Source: Neophaeotheca triangularis
Lineage: Eukaryota
DNA length: 64,000 nucleotides
Assembly (NCBI GenBank): GCA_054600435.1
Contig: BAAIJX010000005.1
Location: forward strand, 434,001-498,000
Direction of reading: 5' to 3'
Shown here: one piece after another, positions 50,016 to 61,541 of the stretch
How the letters are laid out: each line of letters opens with the position of its first letter
How positions within the stretch are numbered: the first letter of the stretch is position 1
Made by a program: the position numbers and the translations under genes
The notes under the pieces: generated by a model
The model's database searches: none
Seen by the model: the letters and a program-made list of their open reading frames with translations, nothing else
Told to the model about the DNA's origin: nothing

Positions 50016-51045
50016 GTTGAGCTTACAGATGCTGATTCAATACAGGCACTGCGGTCGTTTAGGACTTCAATTGAAGGGTCTTGTAGACCACCAATCTTCT
50101 AGAGGAATTCCGGCCCCTTTGTCTCTAGTCCACGGCCTTCTCTTCAGTTTCTGGGCCCTCGTGGGTGATGCGAGAGCTATATTTGAATTTCTTGATACAA
50201 TCAGAACCGCCACCAAGCTACTTGCGCTACCCCTACATCTCAGATGAGCAGATCCCGCTGCAATTGTTCGATCCAATTGCACGATGCCTCACCGGCCGAC
50301 CAATCAATCCTGGAAGTACGGCTCAATTCTTTTGTGAACTTACGCAGAGACGTCGGGTACTTCGTTTACTCCTTGCAGATTGCTTTGGCATAACGGTCCT
50401 CGTCGCTAGAGAAGCCATTGCTGAAGGGGGCATTTATTTTACTTCGGCTGGCCCCGGCAACTTCACTTACGGTTTCACTTCGAGACCCTCGACATCACGT
50501 ACCAAGGAATAACCCCGAGACACCATCTTCCAACCCAGCTTCCCAAGTGTGGACAACCGCATGTGCGCCAGGAGACCCAGGCCTTCGGTGGTAAGTGCTC
50601 ATGTCAGTGTTCCACACGTTGCTCCTAGCCATCGTATGCTCAAACTCGTCCTCAAATAGCCAGTGCAGGGAGCCGCCCATGCTCAATTAGTTGCCTTCTA
50701 CAGCAACTCAACCTAGGCCGCTACGGGGATCTTTCTTGCCGGGAGCATTCAGGAACTGCCGCGCTTTCTGAAATATCCGAAGTTCCTCTTACTCCCGGCG
50801 TACGCTGCGATTTACTGACCCACGATGATCTTTCCCACGCGACGGTACTTGATGCACTGGTTTGTTCACATGGCACCAACGTTCAGGGGCTACAGCTCTA
50901 ACAAGTAGCTGAAGAAAAGTAGACTTGATCAAATCTACCACGCAGCTCTCCAGTCCCGGCAAAGTTTAGACGTCCCTAACCTTCCACCCCTCCGCTTTGA
51001 AAACCCAGGGCTCTTCCGCCATTCCATCGAACCGACGACGTCCCA

Positions 51046-52114
51046 CTACCTCACCGACTCCTCCATCCGCCGGGACCGAATGTCCACGATCTCAAACATC
51101 AAATGGCAGTCCGACATGTTGCGATCAGAAGCAAAAGCGGTGATAGACTAGACAAATAGCGTTAGCAAACGTCCACTTCCACCATCAGACCACACCTTCT
51201 TTTACCTTAACAGTCTTGTGGCCAAGCACTCCACGGTGCTGAAACAGCAAATGCGCAACCCCGACGCCATTCGGCGTGCTCAACAGCGCCTTGGCCCTAT
51301 CATCAGATCCATCGAGCTCAAACTTGGTGCCGGGCCAGGGTTTAAGCGCCTGAACGTCTTCACCCCCGATCGAGCAAGCTTGGTCGATGATTTGCCGCGT
51401 CTCTTCGTTCTGGATGTAAGCACGTACGACGCGGTCGAGAGTTTGCGGGTCCACGGAGGTTCGGAGACATTCGGCTTGCCAAACTAGAAAGACGACGTCG
51501 CTCCAGTGGTGGAGAGGGGTGACTGCCTGTTTTGGTTGCCGGGGCTTGAGTTCGTCGGGAACGGCAATGAAAGAGTGGCTGGGGCCTTTATTCTCGATGG
51601 CTATGATCGCTCCGTACTTTGTCAGGTAGGCGTTGCAGTAGACGTTTTCCACGCTGGGCTAGGGATTCGATTAGCGATACTGCGTCAACGAGTTGTGGAT
51701 GGGGGTTTTACTGACCGTATACGTCTGAGTTTCACGCGGTGCTGCTCTAGGGTTGTCGCTCATCGCCTCCAAGACGTCCGCGGGGATTTTGTGTTGCACG
51801 TACGTACGACAGAATCCAGGGTCATCATCTTCGCCGTCAATGCCTAGCCCCCCGTCGCTCTTGACCGCTTGGTATGTGGACTTGAGCGAAACAAGACTTA
51901 GCAGATTGATGGTGCCGCTGTGATCCTCCACCTTCCACCCCCATGACGCTAGGTCTTCGAAGCTCTGCCATTTAGATTGCTGATCATCGACTTGAGGGTT
52001 TGTGAGAAGTTCGTAAAGTCTTTGACCTTTTTCTACGGCTTTGGTCCAGGTGGTGTTACTCGTGCTGGGTTGCGAATTTGGCTGGTAGTGTGGGTTCTCG
52101 TGTGGTGATGCCAT
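51046..52114 (-). CDS. Uncharacterised fungal protein, paralogue B
   Basis: Exons 52114-51716, 51658-51206 and 51147-51046. Same intron positions and motifs as paralogue A. Confidence 0.8.
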
Positions 52115-52387
52115 GGGGGAGGTGTTCTGGGGTATCGTACTGTTTGACGGCCTAACCTGCTTCTTTTTCTTGTGTTGCTGTTGTCAAGCTAACATTGAGA
52201 ACGGAGGATCTGGCAAGTAAGCTTCTCGATGCCGCCAGAACTAATTCGTGGGCCCAAACAGATAGTAGTAGGCGTCAGCTGTTGCGAGTAAACCATGCAA
52301 GTCTCCAGCAGAGAAGAGAAGAGACGAGAAAGAAGCAATTAGAAACGGAACTGTATTCCAGTAGAAGTACGAAGTCAATGTAGCCAG

Positions 52388-53287
52388 CTAGTCAAAGCCG
52401 ACAGCCAACCTCACCTTGAGCAGGTCACCTTCCACAATCTTCTCCCTCTTACCCTCAAGCTCCGCCATGTCCCAAGTAACATCGACATACCTCCCAGCCA
52501 ACCACTCCCTTCTAACCGCCGTAAGCCAAACAGTCGAATCACCCGCCAACTCCGGCTTGTCGATCCAAAGATGTTGATATTCCTCCGGTGACGCCTTGGC
52601 CAAATCGGTGAGAACGCCTCCAGGATGGATACACAGAGCTTGAATACCTTGCTCTCCATATTCCACCATGATGAACTCGCAGAACCTGCAGAGCGCGAGT
52701 TTGCCCGTCTGATAGCCAGAAGCACCCTTCATAGCAATGTGGGCGGCTATCGAGGAGACGGCAACGATGGTCTTCAGGCCTTGCTTGGACTTGAGCAGTA
52801 GTGGGAGGAATGCCCTAGTACAGAAGTAAGGGCCGAGGTTATTAACCTCGTACACTCTGCGCCATCCAATAGGATCCGAGTCGGCTATTGGGTGATCGAG
52901 GTTTTCGAGCGTGCCCGCGTTGATATCTAGGATGTCTAGGCGGCCGAAAGCACGCTCGACTTCTTGGGCTGCGGCATCCACGCTTTCATGGGAAGCTACG
53001 TCTAGCTTGACGAGGAGAATCTGGACGTCGTTTCCGGCGATTTGCTGGATTTCTCGCTTGAGGTCCGCCATGGCTGATCGGGCGCCCAGGCCGATCATTG
53101 AGGCTCCCGCTTTGGCATAGCTGATCGCCGTTGCTCGACCAATGCCCCGTGAGGCACCAGCAATGAAGACTGCTTTGCCGGCCAGGTTGAACTGCTCTGG
53201 CTTGATGAAGTCGTAACTGTCGTGGTGGATTGTAGGCGTGAAGTCGCTGCCATTGCTGAGCAGCGTCGACCGTGGTTCTTGCGACAT
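52388..53287 (-). CDS. Short-chain dehydrogenase/reductase
   Basis: GASRGIG Rossmann motif, INAG, catalytic S..YQTGK and IHPG. Confidence 0.92.
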   Translation of the reverse strand: MSQEPRSTLLSNGSDFTPTIHHDSYDFIKPEQFNLAGKAVFIAGASRGIGRATAISYAKAGASMIGLGARSAMADLKREIQQIAGNDVQILLVKLDVASHESVDAAAQEVERAFGRLDILDINAGTLENLDHPIADSDPIGWRRVYEVNNLGPYFCTRAFLPLLLKSKQGLKTIVAVSSIAAHIAMKGASGYQTGKLALCRFCEFIMVEYGEQGIQALCIHPGGVLTDLAKASPEEYQHLWIDKPELAGDSTVWLTAVRREWLAGRYVDVTWDMAELEGKREKIVEGDLLKVRLAVGFD

Positions 53288-53825
53288 GACGTACGACAGG
53301 TATCTTGTCCTCTTTTGGAATTGATAGGGAGTGAAAAAGACTGAGAAAGTGCCATCTTTAAATACCTACCGATATCTATGTCGTCCCTGCAGAATATGCT
53401 GGGCGCTTACACCACCACGACCAAGGCACGGATCGGCGCTACATATCTCCTAGCAACGATGCTAACTATATCACGGACATGTCTTATGTCCGCGTCAGTC
53501 GGGTCAGCGAGTCGACCAGGAATCCGCATTCGCGAACAAAGATGTTGTGTCGATAAGAAATGAGAGGTGGATCTAACAAAGTGCGGAAGATGTTGCTGAC
53601 AAACAAGAGACAGAACCTGATGGGCAACGTCCTTTGCCCGCCAAGCCCTTGCAGCTTCACCTCGGTTGATGATGGCGGGGCGAGCCTCCACAACCGGCAA
53701 GCGACTCCAGTCTCCAACCGAAGCTTTGCCCTACATAGATATATATCAACCATCACCAGGTTGCAATTAGGAGGTAGTGTCAAAACATAATCTAGATCTG
53801 TAGCCTCACCCAAACTTCCACCAAC

Positions 53826-54991
53826 ATGACTGCTCCAACAGCTCAAGGCACAACCATGAAAGTATCAGACAACATGTCCAACAGACCCACTCTCCGCACG
53901 CCACTATGCGATCTCCTGGGCATCGAATACCCGATAGTGCTCGCAGGCATGGCACGAACGTCCTCGGGGCCATTGGCGGCAGCGGTATCCAACGCAGGCG
54001 GTTTGGGCGTCATCGGCGGCCTGGGCTACACGCCGCAGCAAATGCGCGACATCATCCACGAGATCAAAGCCAACCTGGCCGACAAGAACTTGCCATTCGG
54101 CGTCGACCTCGCCCTGCCGCAAGTCGGAGGGAGCGCGAGGAAGACAAAGTCAGCCAAACCCCATTGCCTTGTTTCACGTAAGAACCTCAGTTTACTAACG
54201 CCCCTCCCAGCCACGACTACACCCACGGCCAACTGGACGAACTCATCGACGTAGTAATCGAAGAAGGCGCCAAACTCTTCGTCAGCGCCGTCGGCGTGCC
54301 CCCGGCCCATGTCATCAAGAAACTGCACGACGCGAATATCGTCTGCGCCAACATGGTCGGGCACCCAAAGCACGCCCACAAAGCTCTCAAAGCCGGCATG
54401 GACATTGTTTTCGCCCAGGGTGGCGAGGGCGGCGGCCATACGGGTGACATTGCGACTTCGATTCTTATTCCTTCTGTTGTTGATGTTGCGAGGCAGTATA
54501 AGAGCCCGCTGACTGGGCAGCCGGCTATGGTCGTTGCTGCTGGGGGGATTTATAATGGGAGGTCGCTGGCTGCGATGCTTTCGTTTGGTGCTGTTGGTGC
54601 TTGGGTCGGGACGCGGTTCGTGGCGTCTGAGGAGGCTGGCTGTAGTCAGTCGCACAAGGAGGCTGTTGTTTCCGCTGCTTTCGAGGACACGCTGAGGACG
54701 CTCGTGGTTTCGGGACGACCGTTGAGGGTGCGAATGAATGACTACATCAAGTCCTGGGAAGTTGATAGGCCTGATGAAGTGAAGCGACTTACTGACTCTG
54801 GAGTCGTGCCTCTTGCAAAGGATATGGATGATGACAAGGAGGTCGACATTCCCTTCTTGATGGGACAGGTAGCGGGTGTGATAGGGGAGATCAAGCCGGC
54901 GAAGGCGATCATGGAGGAGATGGTAAGGGAGTGTGTCGATGTGTTGAAAGCGCAGCAAGGTTACTTGGGCGGGAAGGCAAGCAAGCTGTAG
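53826..54991 (+). CDS. Nitronate monooxygenase (2-nitropropane dioxygenase family, FMN)
   Basis: Intron 54149-54210. LGIEYPIVLAGM, AAAVSNAGGLG, QGGEGGGHTG, AAGGI and VGTRF motifs. The start could instead be ATG 53856 or 53874. Confidence 0.92.
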
Positions 54992-55499
54992 TATTCCAAG
55001 TTTCCACATTAAATCTATCGAAGCGTACGCCACCATTCAAGCAATCGAAGGATTCCCTCATTGCAAGCAAGAGCATGTGCAAAGTCCGTAGCTCGAGGGA
55101 ACCTGTCGAACGAGAGCCAGGCGAAAGTAGAGCTTGCCGTTCGTTGACGCCAAATATGACATTTGGGTCCTTGTCCTGTCGACGATCTTTGCAGATACTT
55201 AAATCCCAACGCCAAAGCCATTACGCCTTTAATATACTGAAGCCGTGTTCCGTGGAAAGAAACCCATAAAAACGCCTCACTCTTGCACCCCTATAATCCA
55301 ACGCCACCTCGATCCAACTCGTCATGAAATCGGACCCCCCGTATTGGCTCCCAACTTGAAACGATTCGTGCGTTGCGGACGTTATTGTGGTTGTCGTTGT
55401 CGGGGGCCATTAAAAGTTGAGCACGAGCAGCTACCTGATAGTAGGTATGTTATCAACACACAGGCCTTTGATCTGCTTTTAAAACGATGCCTCCTCACC

Positions 55500-55790
55500 T
55501 TAAAATCGCCCCCCGCTAGGCGGATCTCTCGGCCACGGATCAGGTTGCGGCTTGACCATTCGATCGACACCACGGTGGATGCCCGGGTTTCCTGGATCCC
55601 TCGGCCATGGTCCTTTGGGAGGTGGAGGTCGTCCGAACGTGGTCGCCGCCCCATTGGGGCAGATGCTACGGGCATCCATTTGGCCTGCATCGTTCTCTCG
55701 GCGGAAACGGCCCTTCATGTTCGGATCTCTCGGCCACGGTCCGGAGGGCCTAGGTCTGGGACCGGGTTGGGGTTGGCTATGCTGGTGCAT
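55500..55790 (-). CDS. Putative 96-aa proline-rich microprotein with three PWPRDP repeats
   Basis: CATC-ATG at 55790 after a CA-rich leader, with ATATAAG near 55926-55932. Three PWPRDP units; an 18-bp exact repeat occurs at 55521-55538 and 55722-55739 and a synonymous variant at 55593-55610. Confidence 0.6.
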   Translation of the reverse strand: MHQHSQPQPGPRPRPSGPWPRDPNMKGRFRRENDAGQMDARSICPNGAATTFGRPPPPKGPWPRDPGNPGIHRGVDRMVKPQPDPWPRDPPSGGRF

Positions 55791-57349
55791 GATGGTCCCT
55801 TGGTAGCGGGTCTGGAGTAGACAGAGGGGTCGTTGGTTGATATATGTGTTGTGGTGAACTTGAGTTTGGGTGTGTGTGAAATGTTGACTGGCCATAACCA
55901 TATCTTTGAGCTACTTCCCTCTGTTCTTATATTTCCAAAGCCATCAGATACCACACGGACTACAGACGGCGTTGGTGCGCGATGGCAGTGCTTGGGGCGA
56001 AGCAGTAGAACCATCCGCGTTGTTGGGCATCAAATCATGAGAGTGATGCTTCCGTCCATTCGAAATGTGGACCGTGGCGTACGACAAGTACTCGTGCAGA
56101 AAATGCTATCGCCTGCGGTGAGTAGCGGAGACCTTTGTCGGGACCCTAGCACTTTGGATTTCTAGTCACGTAGCAAAGGCGCGCTTGGGCGCTAGTTCTA
56201 TTGCCTTAGTAGGGTAGAAGGAGAAGGGAGATGGCTCTGCAAATATGAAAAAGAAAGGGCTTACGAAAATGCAATACTGTACCTACTTTTCGGGTATGCC
56301 GATTGTCTACAGCAGCAGCGGAAAGCGAAGTAAAGCATGCTACCAAGATCGCTTTCCCCGTTGACTCTGTCTTTGTGACAAGGGCGATACACTGTACGGG
56401 GTCGAAGCGCGCCAGCACCACAGAGAGGCTTGAAGCCCGAGCATGGGCGTGTGAAACTCGAGCTAAAGGGTGGCAGTCGAGAGCTCAATTAATGATTAAT
56501 TCCCATTAGCACAAATTGAACCAGCGACACCCACCCCTGTCCGATAGCCCCCGAAGGCAAGGCCACGGTCATTGAGTGATGGCCTGCAGGGCGGTATAAG
56601 GTGTCGTCAGGTGGCAGTGCTAAATACCGTAGAGCATTTAAGAGTAGGTCCCAGGTTTGTAATAGGTCGCTTGGCTCCTACACCTTCTGTAGAGAGGCGA
56701 AAAGTGCGGTGATGGTATCTGGTTACACGAGCAGAGATCCGTATAATTCGCTCAACGTGCACTGCGCCTGCGCTTCAAACCCAAGGAGGCGCGGTAGATG
56801 TGCCCATGCTACTGCTCTGCGCCCCCTGACAAGGCCGCCCCTGGTCGGAGAAGGCGTCCTTGGTATTCAGATGTGCCAACGAAGCTGCCTTGTTTTCGAT
56901 GTTACAGCACCGACTGTTGAAGAGCCTCGTGGCTAGCCGCATCTCATGTTCATCACGTTATCTCAGCGCATCTGGTAATTGGCGTAACGGTCTATCTTTG
57001 GTCTGTCTTTTGCACCGATATTTCGCTCCACGCTGGAAAACCCCCGGGTAAGGGCGCTGGCACCCGCCTATTACTTTACCAGCAAGCGGCGCCCGTGACG
57101 CCCTCAAAGGGGCGTTGGGCAAAAATATTGGAGTAGTGCGCAGCAGGCGAGTGCTTTTGGAGGGCGTTCCTAAGGCATTTGAAGCAGGTAGGCAGTATTA
57201 AAGGTGTCGTTTTCAAGGGGCTTCAAGGCAACTAAAAGGTGGTCTCGCTTTCGGATTCAGCCGTGACGGGGGCAGCTCCAACAACCTCAAGGCCATAGAC
57301 GTCGGCCGCGCCGGAACCTCGACTGCTCTCTTTGACCTTCGTCGGATCT

Positions 57350-57800
57350 CATCATCTAGTAAGCTACCATGAGGACTCGAAAGCTGTAAAGTAGTAAGAC
57401 GTATAGTTAATAGTATATGGAGAGGGCAAGGCAGAGGAGCTCTAGCTTGCCTACATGTATTATTATCTACAACTTTAACTCGGCTTGGCTCCTCGACCTA
57501 GGTACACACATCTAGGCTTACTACCTACTCATTCTACGGAAGTTGCCGTTTTAAGAAGGTCGAAGACGTTAAACTCCGCGAACAATATGTACGAGACTCT
57601 AAGTCGAATGCGAATACCTAGCTCTATAAACTCTTTAAAACACATCCTTAAACGCTACCTAGAAGCACTATCTAAAATCCGCGTAACCGAATCGATCATC
57701 TAGCCTAAGAGCAGAGCAAGCCGTTAAAGCTAACTAAGACCTCTGAATCGTCGTACCGTTAACAATGTTTGCAGATACTGTAGATCTCTCCGCCGAAGCG
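57350..57800. other. TpA-rich, CpA/TpG-poor tract resembling RIP-mutated DNA (similar tract at about 58635-58880)
   Basis: Visually dense TAG/CTA/TAA and lower GC than its surroundings. No RIP index was computed. Confidence 0.5.
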
Positions 57801-57803
57801 TGT

Positions 57804-58634
57804 CTACCCATCACTGAATGCGGATGAAGGGCCACCGCAACGTGCTGATGCCGCCTCTTGGCTTAGACGGCGTATCTCGAGATTGATTCTCTCCCTCTCC
57901 ATCTCCTCGAAAAGTCGATCAGCGAGCGCGGTATCCGAAAAGTCCTCGGTTGAAATCCACTGATCCAGATCGAAATCATCAAGATCTAGGTAAATATAGA
58001 AATCACCAGCAAGCCCAGTACCCCTGTTGGCCCATTCCTCTCCGTTCCCTCGGCGACAACCAGGACTAACAGAGCGAGAATCCGCGGGCGTCAGAAGCCC
58101 GGTACTTATTAAGTCCTGAGAACGCATCTCCGACCATCCCCCTACCCCTTCACCGCAACAACCGTCCCCCGTCCCCCTCTCAAACTCCCTCACATACTCC
58201 CCGACCGTAACCCCCATAACCCTCTTGAAAACTCTAGCAAGGTAACTCGGCGTCACACCTACGCGTTCCGCCAACGCCTTCAAACCCGTGGCCACCCCCT
58301 CAGCATCACTGCTAGCCCTCAAAAGCGCCAATACCCTCGACACAACCGCCTCGCCATCCCCCATAAACGATGGATCGTCGGGTTTGCAGCGTTTGCAGGG
58401 CCGGAAACCGTGCGCTTCCGCTTCGGCGGCGGTGTCGTAGAAGAGGACGTTGGCTCTGCGTGCGGTACGTGCGGTGCAGGTTGGGCGGCAGTAGATGAGG
58501 GTGGATTTGACGGCGTAGAAGAAGCTGGAGTGGTGGGCTGGGGAGCGGCCCACCACGGCTTGCCAGCGGGCGTGGGAGGTTTGGGCTGAGGCTTGGCGGG
58601 CGGGTGGGTGCGTGATTGAGGGTTGTGGTTCCAT
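57804..58634 (-). CDS. Ada-like Zn-binding domain plus AraC-type HTH protein (methylphosphotriester repair/adaptive response type)
   Basis: YAVKSTLIYCRPTC..AEAHGFRPCKRCKP carries the four Ada Zn-ligand cysteines, followed by LAERVGVTPSYLARVFKRVMGVT. Confidence 0.88.
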   Translation of the reverse strand: MEPQPSITHPPARQASAQTSHARWQAVVGRSPAHHSSFFYAVKSTLIYCRPTCTARTARRANVLFYDTAAEAEAHGFRPCKRCKPDDPSFMGDGEAVVSRVLALLRASSDAEGVATGLKALAERVGVTPSYLARVFKRVMGVTVGEYVREFERGTGDGCCGEGVGGWSEMRSQDLISTGLLTPADSRSVSPGCRRGNGEEWANRGTGLAGDFYIYLDLDDFDLDQWISTEDFSDTALADRLFEEMERERINLEIRRLSQEAASARCGGPSSAFSDG

Positions 58635-59365
58635 AGTCTTTACTTGATAGTGATCTAAAGACTTGTTAGATGATAGGATCCATGTATAGTTTTAGAAAGG
58701 TTTAAAGGTAGAGACCGTAGAGTAGGGACGCAAGTAAGGCGTGGTCTACAGTCGGGAGGGCTTTGACTTTATATCCTCTGTACTACCTACCTTATAGGGA
58801 CTAATGACGCTCGAAGATTGCCTTACATCTGCTGAACATTCAAAGTAGATCTCTACTCTTTGGAGTAAGGAGTAGATCGGACGAAGGAGCAATCATGTGA
58901 GACTATGCGGATGAAGTCGTACCGTGGTCGCTCATTGGCTAGTTCTAGTTCACTGCTCCCCTCTTCCTGGACCAGCTCCAGCTCCTGCCCAGGTGGTTTG
59001 CTCTCGTCTAGCCTTTGTCACTAAAGCTGCTGGACAGAACCTCTCACTGATAATTCATTTGACTCTTCGCGAGCACAAGGCAGCCTGTGTCCTGTCACGC
59101 TGCTGCATCTCTTAACAAAACTGCTCTCGAACAGCTGAGCCCACAATCTTAATGGACAAGGGAGTGAAACAGCGTCTTCCTATTCTAAAGTGTCCGTAGC
59201 TCGATGCAGGGGTAGTACCTGTGGTAGAGTAGTACGGTTTCTACGTAGTATGGAAAACGACCACCGCAAGGCAGCCGTGTTCATGCTCCCCTATGTAAGC
59301 ATACGGTTCATACTTTTCTTTCAGCGCTCCTTGCACAACGCGCTCTGATGCCCACTCATCAAACT

Positions 59366-61068
59366 CTACATGCGCTCTCTCTTCCTCGGCGCAGCACGAA
59401 TGATATTGTCTACCCTCAGCAACATTTCGGCAGCCTCGCTAGCCGAGCTGACAACCGCGCGCTTCAGCTTGTATGCCTCCACCACACCTAGCTCACGCAT
59501 ATCCACGATACCGCCACCGGGGGACATGAGGTCGAGACCCGAGCTGCTCATGCCGGAGTAGACAGCTTTCCTGAGCCTGGCGACGAGGTCCGCGCTGTCG
59601 AGACCAGCGTTGTCGGCGAGGATGGTGGGGAGTTGGCGAAGAGCTTTGGCGAAAGCGTCGACGGCGAGGGCCTTTTTGCCGGCGACATTTTGCGCGGCTT
59701 GGTCGACGGCCTTGGCCATGACCATTTCCGCGCAGCCGCCTCCCAGCGTCGTCTTGGGAGACTTGACGGTCTGAGAGAGGACGGCGAGGGCATCGTGTAA
59801 GCTTCGCTCGGCCTCGTCGAGGAGTTGCTCGGTAGCACCTCGCAGCACGATGGTGCAGGCTTCTCCCGCCGCAACGCCTGAGAATCGGATGAGAGGGTCC
59901 TCGCCGATGATGACCTCTTCGATCAGATCGCAGTGGCCGAGCTTGACGTGTTCAGGGTGGTCGAATGTGCTTGTAATGTCCGCTCCCGTTACGAGTGCCA
60001 GTCTCTCCACGCCGTCAAAGTCTGCGTGCTCTATGCTTGCAATACCCGCGTCACTGAAGAGCTGTTCGGGCCAGTTGTAGATGAGCTGCCTGTTGACGAA
60101 GCAGTTGATGCCGTGCGCCTTGATGCGGTCGACCTTGCCCTTCATCTTCTCCCGCTCGGCCTTCTCCAACTCAGCAAGCTTCCCCGTGCCCTCCACCTTC
60201 ACTCTCGCACCGAAGATCTTGACCTTGTCCGTGTCCATAGAAGTGTTCGCCACCAAAATTTTAGCATTCTCCACCCGCTTCGGCTGGTTTACACCAAACT
60301 TCTTGTCAAGAATGAAGCCAGGGTCGAGGTAGGAGTCCTTGAGCTTGCCGCCTGCCTTCTTGATGACCTGAATGTGCGTGAGATCTGTGCTGCCCTTCAT
60401 CCTCAGAACCGCGTCCGTGGCCAAGTTCGCAAAGTAGTCTCTATCCTGCGCCAACACCTTCGAGCTCAACGTCGTCCGTGCAATCGAGAAGAGGTCGTTC
60501 CTGAACTTCTCAATATCCTGGCTGTTGTCGATGGCCGTCTCCTCCAAAGCCTTGAGCGCCGTCTGCGAAGCTATGCGGTACCCCTCGATAATCGTTTGTG
60601 GATGTATCCTCTGATTGACAAGTTGCTCTGCCTCCCTCAACAGCTCCGCCGCCAGAACCGCAACGCTCGTCGTGCCGTCGCCCACTTCATCGTCCTGCAC
60701 CTTGGAAATGTTCACCAGCACCTTGGCAGCCGCGTTGTCGAGGGCTATGGACTTGAGGATCGTTGCACCGTCGTTTGTGACTAGAACTTCGCCGGTTGAT
60801 GCGCTTTGAAGGATCTTGTCTTGGCCTTTGGGCCCGAGTGTGCTCTTCACCATGTCGCCGATGGCGATGCCACCTGTTCAATGTCAGTTCCGACTGCTCT
60901 CTACTTGCCATGTTTGCCAGTCGTCTCTCACCGACAAAGTTCGCCAACCTCGCATTCTCGCTCTTCTCTTCGGCTGTGTCTTCCGCAAAGATCTGCGTGG
61001 GGTTTTGGTACGACTAGAGGGTTTGTTAGAATTTGTGAGACCGCTTTCATGGCGCTGCAACTTACCAT
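59366..61068 (-). CDS. cct2: T-complex protein 1 subunit beta
   Basis: Exons 61068-61066, 61013-60932 and 60873-59366. [23 protein letters not shown] and [16 protein letters not shown]. Confidence 0.97.
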
Positions 61069-61541
61069 GATGGTGTTGTATATGTAATTCAAGAAGTAAA
61101 GTTGCAACCTTCGCGTCTTCATGAAGTCCAACGCGACTTTTCAGCGGAAGCCATCCCGCCGACTTCAATGCCAAGACACATGACAGGAAAGGGAAACATG
61201 AACCTGGATACGCTTCATAGCAATCTATAGACAGACCAAAGTATCTCAAGTGATAAAGACAGACTGCTCGTTTAGTCGGCTGTGTGTAAGACATATATGA
61301 TTCGTAAATTCGACCTGAGCGAGGCGTTGGATACATGAGACGCTTTCAATGTACAAGTAGCTGAGCGCCGAGTAGCCCACACACCTCCTTTCCCATCATA
61401 CCACGTCGAACCCTTCTTACATGCGGTCCACCAGTCCCTACAGCTCGTGGACCGCATGGGCTGAGAAGAGCTTACTGAGCCTTCCGCACTAAACGTGCTT
61501 CCACAAAGCCACTCCACTTCAATCTCCCGTCAACTACTACC

